A stretch of 21,551 bases of DNA from Candidatus Heimdallarchaeota archaeon (GTDB lineage Archaea; Asgardarchaeota; Heimdallarchaeia; JABLTI01), in contig JAHLVW010000023.1 in the NCBI GenBank assembly GCA_019058275.1, forward strand, positions 1-21,551. The letters run 5' to 3'. Every line of letters starts with the position of its first letter. Positions within the stretch are counted from its first letter, which is position 1. Shown here piece after piece: positions 9,113-17,796 of the stretch. The notes under the pieces were generated by a model. The model had not been told where the DNA came from, did no database searches, and was given only the letters and a program-made list of their open reading frames with translations. A program made the position numbers and the translations under genes.

Positions 9113-9796
9113 CTATGTGTATAAACTAACCCAACCAGATTTTTTGATGTTTGGGGCATAAACAACACGTAATCTTCTTAGCAAAACACCATTTTCATCT
9201 TCAGAAGGTTGGAATTCAATCACTCCATCAACAAATGCTTTAATCCCTTGAATTACTTTTTCATCCATCATTCCTGAATGAGCAATAATCAATCCACTAT
9301 GTTTCTTCTGTTTCAATCTAGCAACTTGTGCTTGAATGAAATCTAAAATGGCTATGCCACTGTTGTAAATTGATAGAGTAGATACAGTGTTTATTACAAG
9401 TCTAAGTTTTTGTTTAGTATCGATCATCTTCTTGATTATAACGCTGAGACCTGTAAGATCTCTAATGTTATCAACAGCTAGCATACTTAGATCAGCTTTT
9501 TCACCTGTTCTATAAGAAAATATATCTATGAATTCCAATTGTTTAGCATCTAAAAATGGACTTGGATCTGTTCCTAGTTGTTTCATCTTTTCAATAATAT
9601 CATCAGGAAAATCATCAGCAGCAACGTAAATACCATTATTTTTTTCGGTAAAACCATCAAGCATGTACTGTAACGCAAATGCTTCTTTTCCTGCACCGGG
9701 TGGACCTACAATAAGATAGATTTGTGCATCTGTCTGTCCGACTAGATCCTTCAAATGGACGATATTACTACTTACTGACAACTTTAATTCCTTCAT
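9113..9796 (-). CDS. RAD55/KaiC-like single-domain RecA-superfamily ATPase with degenerate Walker motifs
   Basis: YLIVGPPGAGKEAF (Walker A, E at the T/S position), GIYV, LEFID.F, RLVINTVSTL (Walker B with D to N), VDGVIEF and RRLRV. Confidence 0.85.
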   Translation of the reverse strand: MKELKLSVSSNIVHLKDLVGQTDAQIYLIVGPPGAGKEAFALQYMLDGFTEKNNGIYVAADDFPDDIIEKMKQLGTDPSPFLDAKQLEFIDIFSYRTGEKADLSMLAVDNIRDLTGLSVIIKKMIDTKQKLRLVINTVSTLSIYNSGIAILDFIQAQVARLKQKKHSGLIIAHSGMMDEKVIQGIKAFVDGVIEFQPSEDENGVLLRRLRVVYAPNIKKSGWVSLYT

Positions 9797-9802
9797 TTAT
9801 TA

Positions 9803-10582
9803 CTAATTCACTTTTTTGATGTTTTTAAGCATATACTCCAAGATTGCCCAACCAAAATCATAACATCTTTCCGCAAATTCTGTTACATTGTTGATTTTTG
9901 CTCCCAATCTGAAATCTCGAGCATCTATAGCTACTTTGGGATCAACCTTAATCTTTACTTTCTCGGCAAATAGCTCCGGAACATTATACCTATTGAAGTT
10001 CTTTTCACCCATGAATATTAATAAAGCTTGAGCACAACCTATAGCTGCTTCACTTCCGTAAAATCCTAATTCATCTTGTGCATCAGCTGGAGCGTTTAGG
10101 AAGCCATCACGCATGATAAAGATATTATCAAGACATATTTGAGTGGCTCCTTTCTTGATTTTGTTTTCATTCACTTTTAATTTAACAAATGGATTTTCTT
10201 TACCGATTTTTAGTTCTCCTTGTTGACCCGTTGATATATGAACCCAATTAACAATACTTGATGCATTGATATTTTCTTCATTTAAATCCTCTTCGAAGAA
10301 GACCATTAGATCAAGTATAGATGAATACTGTGGATCATTTTCAAATTCTGCTTTTACCTTCCCGATTTTTTGTAGTATTTCTACTTGTTTATCTCGGTCT
10401 TTTTTAATTACTAAGTAGAAATCACAATCGGAATCTCCCTTAACATAATTTTTCTGTGCAACACTGCCAACGAGTAGTAAAGCAGTAATTTCATTTCCTA
10501 CTTCCTTCTTTAGTTTAGCAGTTAGTTTTAGTATTAAGGCATCATATTCGTCTGGAATTTTCCTTTTTGTTGGTGTGCTCAC
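9803..10582 (-). CDS. Pol-beta-family nucleotidyltransferase (MNT/KNTase-like) with C-terminal helical domain
   Basis: LLVGSVA..NY..GDSDCDFYLV (GS and DxD) and a third acidic residue in ILDLMV. The C-terminal helical bundle (SEAAIGCAQALLIFMGE) is HEPN/KNTase-C-like. GTG start with GGAGG at 10593-10597 on the minus strand. Confidence 0.8.
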   Translation of the reverse strand: MSTPTKRKIPDEYDALILKLTAKLKKEVGNEITALLLVGSVAQKNYVKGDSDCDFYLVIKKDRDKQVEILQKIGKVKAEFENDPQYSSILDLMVFFEEDLNEENINASSIVNWVHISTGQQGELKIGKENPFVKLKVNENKIKKGATQICLDNIFIMRDGFLNAPADAQDELGFYGSEAAIGCAQALLIFMGEKNFNRYNVPELFAEKVKIKVDPKVAIDARDFRLGAKINNVTEFAERCYDFGWAILEYMLKNIKKVN

Positions 10583-10670
10583 TTTCTTTTTTCCTCCAAT
10601 CGTTCCAAATTTTTTTAGTTGTTACGTTCTTTTATCACATTAATATCTTCTAAATAAAAACTTTCTTTTT

Positions 10671-11507
10671 TCAGTCTTTTTCAGTCAAATCTTCAATCTT
10701 AAGTTTTTTCTCTTCCTCAGGTATTCGTTCAACAATCTTTTCTCTCTGTATGTTTTCTTTTATTATACAGATTTTTTGTCCCAAGTTAAGTTGAACATCG
10801 ATATCACCGATATTATATAGCTTTAGTAAAATATTGTAAACTTGCTCATCTGTTATTCCATACTCTTCAGCTATTTCATTGAATGTGATTTCAACAACTT
10901 TCTTCATTTCAAGTTCTTCAATCATTTCCTTAATTGATTCTTCTAACATATCAATTGGGAGAAATGTATGTAAGGATTTGATGTAATAACCTTCGACTTT
11001 CCCATCTGCAATTAAAGACATGAGTAGATCTTTAGTCACAGATCGTTTAAGCTCCAATTCATCAGCAACTTCATGAAGATCAACTTCAACACTAAGATTT
11101 ACTTGTTGGAAAAGTAGATCTAAGGCTGTTTTTCGGGTAATCATTTTACCATCTTTTCTGGAAAGCATGTTGATTCTATTACTTGCTATGAGTTTAATAA
11201 CATCAGCATTCCAATTATTTTCTTGGGCAATTTTATCTAAATCACAAATGCCTTTTGCTTTAATTAATCTTACAATATCCTTGACTTCAGAAGAAATAAG
11301 AGAAATATAAACTCCTTCAGGAATTATTACTGAACCAGTAACTTCATTGTTGTCGATCATTTTACTGATTTGAAATGCAAGGTACCTTCTTGCACTTTCT
11401 TCAAAAGGATTACCTAAATCTAAGTATTCAACATCTTTTATTGCTTTTAGGATATCTTTTTTCGGAATAGATTTCTTCTTCTTTTTGTCTTTTTTCTGAG
11501 AAGGCAT
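10671..11507 (-). CDS. Tandem winged-helix (PCI-like) protein resembling DDRGK1 C-terminus plus UFL1 N-terminus
   Basis: About four WH repeats (e.g. VDLHEVADELEL...LIADGKVEG; ITFNEIAEEYGI...LYNIGDID) and a Lys-rich N-terminus. Residues ~19-98 align by eye to the DDRGK1 WH region and residues ~103-124 to the UFL1 partial WH. GGAG precedes the ATG. Confidence 0.65.
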   Translation of the reverse strand: MPSQKKDKKKKKSIPKKDILKAIKDVEYLDLGNPFEESARRYLAFQISKMIDNNEVTGSVIIPEGVYISLISSEVKDIVRLIKAKGICDLDKIAQENNWNADVIKLIASNRINMLSRKDGKMITRKTALDLLFQQVNLSVEVDLHEVADELELKRSVTKDLLMSLIADGKVEGYYIKSLHTFLPIDMLEESIKEMIEELEMKKVVEITFNEIAEEYGITDEQVYNILLKLYNIGDIDVQLNLGQKICIIKENIQREKIVERIPEEEKKLKIEDLTEKD

Positions 11508-11752
11508 ATTTTAGCTCCAAATTGTGATTAGTTTATTTCTTAATGTAATTTTTATTCAAGAAATTTCGTATTTCTATCAGCAAATAGCTATTTAAAAATT
11601 CATCTAGAAGGATTAGATATCAAAATTTAAATTATACTGTTAAACGTAAGATTTTTAAAACAAACATTAACCATCAAATGATAGCTACAAAATATATCTA
11701 TAAAGAAAAATAGCAAAAAAAATTGTTAAGAAAAAATTGGAGATTATAAAAA

Positions 11753-12061
11753 ATGGAATACCTTCACGCTTCATTAATTCTTCATTCCGCTGGAAAGAAA
11801 ATAACAGAAAAAGCCGTTGGTGATATACTCACAGCTGCTGGTGTTACACCAGACAAGAACCGAATCAAAGGTCTAGTTGCCGCACTTGCTGATGTTAAAA
11901 TCGAAGATGCTCTAAAATCTGCTGCTGTTATGCCTACTGTTACTGCTGCTCCAGCTGCAGCACCTGCTAAAGATGCTACTGTACCTGCTAAAGCTGCTGC
12001 TGCCACACCAGAACCAGAAGAGGAAGAAGAAGAATCAGGATTGAGTTCTCTCTTCGGTTAA
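11753..12061 (+). CDS. rpl12: Archaeal 50S ribosomal stalk protein P1 (L12)
   Basis: MEYLHASLILHSAGKKITE...L.AAGV, an Ala/Pro-rich hinge, an acidic tail and a C-terminal GLSSLFG. Confidence 0.97.
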   Translation: MEYLHASLILHSAGKKITEKAVGDILTAAGVTPDKNRIKGLVAALADVKIEDALKSAAVMPTVTAAPAAAPAKDATVPAKAAAATPEPEEEEEESGLSSLFG

Positions 12062-12070
12062 GCAAACAAA

Positions 12071-12149
12071 TTTTAGTAATGAACTAAAAGGTCAATGTTC
12101 TCTTCAAGAACGTTGACAATTATTTATTTTCTTGATTTTATTATTTTTA
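12071..12149 (+). terminator. Two hairpins plus a U-rich tract after rpl12
   Basis: TTTTAGT-AATGA-ACTAAAA (12071-12089) and GTCAATGTTCT-CTTCA-AGAACGTTGAC (12091-12117; 11-bp stem with one G-U), followed by TTATTTATTTTCTTGATTTTATTATTTTT. Confidence 0.55.
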
Positions 12150-12273
12150 CATTTGCATTTTATGAAATCATATTTTTAACAAATAGCAATCATTAAAAGG
12201 ATGAATCTAATTCTGTTTAAAATTGCTTATTTAAAAAATTACTAAGATATCATCAGTTCATAGGGTGTTATAA

Positions 12274-13446
12274 ATGAACAACAAAAATGAATCATTATCA
12301 TCATGCGCAAGAAGAGTTCCTACAAGTGGAACAATGCGAATGGCCGTACTAGCAAAAGAATTGGAAGTAAAAGGAAAAAAGATAATTCATCTTGGAATTG
12401 GAGAACCTAATTTCCACACACCAAAGAAGATAATTGAAGCTGCCTATCAAGCAATGAATGATGGTAAGACTGGGTATACAACATCTAGAGGTATTTTACC
12501 TTTAAGGGAAAAAATCGCTGAAGTACATATGAAAGATACTGCCGTAGATATCAATCCAAAAGAAAATGTAATTTTAACACCCGGTGCTAAAGCATCATTA
12601 TTTGCAGCTATTGTTTCAATTCTCGATCCAAGTGATAATATGGTAGTTGTATCTCCTTATTGGCCAAGTTATGAAGGGATAGCACAATTCATTGGTGCAA
12701 CAACTAAGTCTGTTCAAGCTCATTATGATGATTTCGGATTCCCCTCTGAAACAATCAAAGAAGCTATTGATAAAAACACTAAAATTCTATTAATAAACTC
12801 TCCAAGTAATCCTACAGGAGTTATCTATGATTTAGAGTCATTAAAATTCATTAGTGATATATCAACAGATAATGATCTTTATATCATCACAGATGAAATC
12901 TACAAAAAAATTGTTTTTGAAGGTAAGTATCATCAATATTTATCCGTCTCAAAATCATTAGAAAGAACACTTGTAATTGATGGATTTAGTAAATCTCATG
13001 CTATGACTGGTTGGCGTATTGGGTACACAATTGGCAACAAAGAGATAATTTCTGCAATGAATAAAATACAGCAAAACGTCAGCACTTGTGTAAATACCCC
13101 TACTCAATATGCAGCTCTAAAAGCAATTGAGCTTGAAGAACCAACAAGAAAAATGGTTCAAGAATACAAACAAAGAAGAGATAAAGCTATTGAACTAATA
13201 GAGCAATGTGATAATTTCTCTTGTAGAAAACCCGATGGTGCATTTTATTTATTCATAAAATATGACGCAGATATAGAATCTGAAGATTTAGTTCTAAAAA
13301 TCCTTCAAGAAGCTGGAGTTGCTGTAACAGCAGGTTCTGTTTTTAGTGTTGATGAAAAATATTTCAGACTTTCACTCGCAAGTGAAATGGAAGATATCTT
13401 AGAAGGATTAAGAAGAATCGATGATTTGATTACAAAAATAAAATAA
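12274..13446 (+). CDS. PLP-dependent aminotransferase class I/II (aspartate aminotransferase-like)
   Basis: LGIGEPNF.TP, Y....G...LRE, TPGAK, PYWPSY, NSPSNPTG, DEIY, PLP-lysine motif FSKSHAMTGWRIG, P.GAFY and FRLS. Confidence 0.95.
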   Translation: MNNKNESLSSCARRVPTSGTMRMAVLAKELEVKGKKIIHLGIGEPNFHTPKKIIEAAYQAMNDGKTGYTTSRGILPLREKIAEVHMKDTAVDINPKENVILTPGAKASLFAAIVSILDPSDNMVVVSPYWPSYEGIAQFIGATTKSVQAHYDDFGFPSETIKEAIDKNTKILLINSPSNPTGVIYDLESLKFISDISTDNDLYIITDEIYKKIVFEGKYHQYLSVSKSLERTLVIDGFSKSHAMTGWRIGYTIGNKEIISAMNKIQQNVSTCVNTPTQYAALKAIELEEPTRKMVQEYKQRRDKAIELIEQCDNFSCRKPDGAFYLFIKYDADIESEDLVLKILQEAGVAVTAGSVFSVDEKYFRLSLASEMEDILEGLRRIDDLITKIK

Positions 13447-13463
13447 TCAGTAAAGGGAATAAT

Positions 13464-15110
13464 TCATTTGATGTCCCTTTGGATTATTTTCTCTTCAATT
13501 TCAATACCAATAGCCATTTGAACAACAGAATCTATTCTTTTCTTTCCTGATTTGTTTATTGATACTTGCATTCTTCTAAAATGTTTCATCACTAGCTCTC
13601 TAGCTTCTTCTCGAGAGATTTTTTTTCCATGACTATTAAAGATACCATAGATAATTGTCTCTCCTACTGAAACTTCATCATGAACAATATTTAAGCAACG
13701 TTGATACATTGATTGTATCTGCGAATCAAGAATTCTTCGAGCGTTTTTTACATCTTGTGATCTTAGACCTCTTCTTAAAGCAGCATCAATCATATTAATA
13801 ATATCTTTTTCAGGAATACCAAGGTCTAATTCTGTAGGTTCATCAGGAACAATTAGATCTTTTGGATCAGCTTTTATACTACCAACAATGTAGTTTAAGA
13901 CAAATTGTATCAAATAATCTAAAATAACAGCTTCTTGCATTTCCATATCTGTTGGTTTTTTTCCTTTGATCTTAAATCTGCCAAGAGCCCGGTTTAATCT
14001 TAATTTATCACTCTTGTAATATGTAGTAACATAATCGAAATGTTTTGGTATTTTACTTAGAAACTCTTGAGCCAAATTACAATAATCCATTAGCATCGCT
14101 AGAATTTCTCTGCCAATATTTAATGGTTGATCAGAAATTCTTGCTTCTTTCCATGCTTCAACTAAAATCTTCTCTGCTAACCCCTTCTTAGCTAGTTTGT
14201 CTTTATAGTTTAAAGTCAGGAGGTTATATTCCAATTTAGCTTGCGGAGTTGCTGTTGATAATCCTAAAGCTGATTCTAATTGAAATCTCATAATTAACTT
14301 GCCCATATCTTGCTGAGCTGTAAAATCACCTATTTTTTTCTCATATCTTTGAGAGAGTAACCATAAGATAATATCTGCAAGACCTTTAGAAGTCATCTCT
14401 TCTAAAGGTTGTTTTAAATCTTCATATAGAATTTCTGCTTCTATTATAGATCGAATAATCCAATTTGTTTGATCTGCATTTGCTAATATCTCTCCAAGGA
14501 CTTCTACTTGATCACTTAATTCTTTTTTAGCTTCCTTCATTTGTTTGGAAATATCTTTTGAACCATCTAAACCAATAATACTTGCATAGATTCTACTGGC
14601 TGCTACATATTCAATGGAACCAGCATGTTCCTCTACCCATTTCTCAATAACTGGTATGATTTTATTTGCTGCAATGAATTGTCTTTCCATCATTATTTGA
14701 GTTGCTAATGTAATTAAATCTGAATCTTTTAATTTACTCAATTTGGAAATAAGCGATTGGAAATTCTTAATGTCATCAACAAGGTTTTTTGCCAAAGTTC
14801 CTCTAAGAAAAGCAATCCATTTTCCTTCAGCAATAGCAAAATTGTACATATAAGTCTCTACTGGAGGAATATTACTATTAGCCTGTTCCAATCTTTTCAT
14901 TTCGTAGTAGAGATCTGCCAAAATTAACTTAGGTTCAATATCCAAATCATTGTTTAAAAGATAAATTACTCCCGCAAACTCTTGTGGACTATCATATTTA
15001 GCTGCAGTTTCAACTACTTTTTCTAAAGTTATTTTATCAACTCGGGTCAAGAGATCAGCAAAATTCTCTCCTAGTGGTATTCCTGCATTTTCCTGGTCTG
15101 AAAAGGACAT
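13464..15110 (-). CDS. Hypothetical soluble, predominantly alpha-helical protein
   Basis: 548-aa ORF with GGAGG at 15123-15127 on the minus strand; no TM segments and no motif recognised. Confidence 0.8.
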   Translation of the reverse strand: MSFSDQENAGIPLGENFADLLTRVDKITLEKVVETAAKYDSPQEFAGVIYLLNNDLDIEPKLILADLYYEMKRLEQANSNIPPVETYMYNFAIAEGKWIAFLRGTLAKNLVDDIKNFQSLISKLSKLKDSDLITLATQIMMERQFIAANKIIPVIEKWVEEHAGSIEYVAASRIYASIIGLDGSKDISKQMKEAKKELSDQVEVLGEILANADQTNWIIRSIIEAEILYEDLKQPLEEMTSKGLADIILWLLSQRYEKKIGDFTAQQDMGKLIMRFQLESALGLSTATPQAKLEYNLLTLNYKDKLAKKGLAEKILVEAWKEARISDQPLNIGREILAMLMDYCNLAQEFLSKIPKHFDYVTTYYKSDKLRLNRALGRFKIKGKKPTDMEMQEAVILDYLIQFVLNYIVGSIKADPKDLIVPDEPTELDLGIPEKDIINMIDAALRRGLRSQDVKNARRILDSQIQSMYQRCLNIVHDEVSVGETIIYGIFNSHGKKISREEARELVMKHFRRMQVSINKSGKKRIDSVVQMAIGIEIEEKIIQRDIK

Positions 15111-15356
15111 TCTAGCGCTTTTCCTCCGATACTCTCCACTAATATAAGATTATCAGTTTATTAAGTTATCAATTATGATATTTTATTTTACGTACCTTAT
15201 GTTTAAAAAGTGTCCGATAGAAGACAGTTAAATAAAATCATAACGTGTTTGGCATTTATGATAAAAAAACCATATCACAATTGCAAATACTTATTATATC
15301 AAATGAGTGGTCAAGTTTTAGAGAAAGCATAAGAAATAGAACAGGAGGAATGTCTG

Positions 15357-16826
15357 TTGAACGAAGAGGATTTGCCATTTAATTTAGAAACAACAGATAA
15401 GGAAATCGATAATAACCTAGTAAGTCATGAAGAGGAAGCTGGATTCTTTCGTAAAGCTTGGAAATGGTTGACTGAAGATAAAGAAAAACTAGGATCTATA
15501 ATATTTCTCTCTCTTTTTATTATTCTTATAATAGTTCTAGCAGCTCTAAATCTCAATCTTGGAGAAATAATGTCAAATATTATAGATTGGTTTTATGATA
15601 AATTAACCATTTGGGGTATCTATTTAGGAGTCTTTCTAATTTCGATTTTTGGCAACTTTACTGTCATTTTTCCTGTTCCCTATACTTTAGCTTTAATTGC
15701 TGTTGCTCAAGAAGATTATATTTTATGGTACCATATTTTAATAATGGGTTTATTTGCTGGTGCTGGAGCAGCACTAGGTGAAACATCTGCTTGGCTTTTA
15801 GGTAAAGCCTCAAAAAATGTAATCAAAGATGGAATGGAAAAACAAGTTGCAAGAGCTCAAAAATGGATTGATAAGGGTATAGCTCCAATAATGATCCTTT
15901 TATTTGCTGCTACACCACTACCTGATGATGCAATTTTAATTTTCATTGGTTTGTTAGGGTACGCTCTTTGGAAAACAGTTATATGGTGCTTTTTAGGAAA
16001 GATTATCCTAACATCATTCACTGGTTTAATTGCTAAATTCATCGGTGATACAAATACAGGTCAAGTAATTCTAAGATTATTTGGATTAACAGATCAGAAA
16101 ACTCCTGCATGGCAATCTGCTCTAACTTGGATTGGAACTATAGTTTTAATTGGAGTAATAATCTTTGTTGACTGGGGGGATGTATGGAATAAGCTTACCC
16201 GTTCAATGCTTAAAAGAAAATATTCTTTTTTAGTTAAAACAGATATAACACAGCAACAACCAACAATGGTTGCTTTAACGAGTGATTTAGCACCAGAAAC
16301 AGGGGTACCAGTCACTTCTGATAGTACATTATGGCAATGTGTTTTGCAAGATGAAAAGGAAGAACATCCAAATTACTTTGATTTCTATACTGTTTCATAT
16401 GTTTTAGGGAAATCTGCAAACATACTTTTGGAACCTGGTTGGTATGAAAAATTCGAGAATAATGTTTTAGAAAAGCGTTTCTTGAAAACTAATCACTATA
16501 AATTACAAAAAATCATTACAGGTAAAGAAACTCCAGAAGAAGATGAAGAAACTCAAGATATGCAAGATGATATAGCTGATAAGATGATGTATGTATCATT
16601 TAATTCAATGCATCCTGAGACAAATAAAAACTACAAAATTGGATTTCTACTTGAACGACTTCCTGAAGATAAGCTAAAAATAAAGTGTATTAGTGAAAGA
16701 GAAGCTTTAGCAATTAAAAGCTTTAAATCAGTTCATTCTGAATTGGTCCTGTCAAAGCTAGTCCTTTTGTTAAACAATCTGTCAGACAACCCTGAAAGTG
16801 TTAAGAAAGCTACTGTTGCATTCTAA
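15357..16826 (+). CDS. DedA/VTT (SNARE-associated; VMP1/TMEM41 superfamily) membrane protein with long C-terminal soluble extension
   Basis: N.T..FPVP re-entrant motif, GAGAALGETSAWLLG, FAATPLPDD...I..G and FLGK. TTG start 8 nt after GGAGG (15344-15348). About 200 aa of hydrophilic tail. Confidence 0.85.
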   Translation: MNEEDLPFNLETTDKEIDNNLVSHEEEAGFFRKAWKWLTEDKEKLGSIIFLSLFIILIIVLAALNLNLGEIMSNIIDWFYDKLTIWGIYLGVFLISIFGNFTVIFPVPYTLALIAVAQEDYILWYHILIMGLFAGAGAALGETSAWLLGKASKNVIKDGMEKQVARAQKWIDKGIAPIMILLFAATPLPDDAILIFIGLLGYALWKTVIWCFLGKIILTSFTGLIAKFIGDTNTGQVILRLFGLTDQKTPAWQSALTWIGTIVLIGVIIFVDWGDVWNKLTRSMLKRKYSFLVKTDITQQQPTMVALTSDLAPETGVPVTSDSTLWQCVLQDEKEEHPNYFDFYTVSYVLGKSANILLEPGWYEKFENNVLEKRFLKTNHYKLQKIITGKETPEEDEETQDMQDDIADKMMYVSFNSMHPETNKNYKIGFLLERLPEDKLKIKCISEREALAIKSFKSVHSELVLSKLVLLLNNLSDNPESVKKATVAF

Positions 16827-16854
16827 AAAAATTGGAAAAAATAGAGGATAATAT

Positions 16855-17796
16855 TTATCCTTTAATTTTCGATTTCCATTTTGCTAAAGCCACATCCAAA
16901 GATACTTTTCCAAGTTCATTAAACATACTTGGTTCATAATGTCCAACAAAACCAAATCCTGTAACATCATTTCCTCCATGTACTCCAACAACTGATCCAA
17001 GCTGTCCAATTCTCACATCAACATCTTTTCTGCCATTTTCTTTTAGAAAATGAGCAACTTCCTCAGCTATAGCTCTATTGGTTGTATAGGCAACATACAT
17101 AATGTTAACTTTCAGATGGTCTTGTATTTGTAATCCACACATCTTAAGTTGTATTAATGCATTCTTTCTTCCTTTCACTTTACCATCTATAGTAGAACCA
17201 CCTTTGTCAATACGAACTAGTGGTTTAATTCCAAGGAAATTACCTAGCAGTTTTTGGTATAGTTTTATCCTACCACCACGGTAAATATATTCTAATGTGT
17301 CTAATAATGGTAATGCTACAGTATAATCTGCTAGATATGTTATCCTGTCTACAATCTCATCTTTTGTTTTACCTTCTTTAACCATTTTAGACGCTTCAAT
17401 AACTAATATTGCATGAGCTAGAGATGCAGCTTGAGAATCAATTATTGTAATATCTTTATTTGGAAGATATTTATTAGCAACTAAAGTTGCTGTTTGGTTT
17501 ACTGCTGAAAGCTTTGATATCACAGAAATAAAAATTATTGATTCAGCTTCTTCTAGAGCTTTCTCAAAAACCTCAAGAAATTCTCCTGGTGCAGAAGCAG
17601 CTGTACCTATTGTTCTTTTCTCATCGATTAATTGACGATACACTTCATCATTTGTAATGTTGATGTGTTGTTTAAACTTCTTACCATCAATAATTACATA
17701 TGCTGGTACAAAATCAACATCAAGTTCCTTCAATTCTTCAACAGTAAGATCACAAGTACTATCAGTTATTATTTTTACTTTTTTCAAAGAGCTCAC
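16855..17796 (-). CDS. DegV/FakB family fatty-acid-binding protein
   Basis: ITDSTCDL, GTAAS.PGEF, SKLS, IDS..AS, DTLEY.YRGGRI, LGIKP and VGVHGG; GTG start. Confidence 0.92.
   Translation of the reverse strand: MSSLKKVKIITDSTCDLTVEELKELDVDFVPAYVIIDGKKFKQHINITNDEVYRQLIDEKRTIGTAASAPGEFLEVFEKALEEAESIIFISVISKLSAVNQTATLVANKYLPNKDITIIDSQAASLAHAILVIEASKMVKEGKTKDEIVDRITYLADYTVALPLLDTLEYIYRGGRIKLYQKLLGNFLGIKPLVRIDKGGSTIDGKVKGRKNALIQLKMCGLQIQDHLKVNIMYVAYTTNRAIAEEVAHFLKENGRKDVDVRIGQLGSVVGVHGGNDVTGFGFVGHYEPSMFNELGKVSLDVALAKWKSKIKG

Noticed and set aside
9803-10582. CBASS/cGAS-like cyclase or classical MNT-HEPN toxin-antitoxin interpretation
   Set aside because: No CD-NTase-type architecture or effector genes nearby, and no Rx4-6H HEPN RNase motif recognised.
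11782-12006. Ala-rich antisense ORF and GCT-rich quasi-repeat inside rpl12
   Set aside because: Explained by the Ala/Pro hinge codons of P1.
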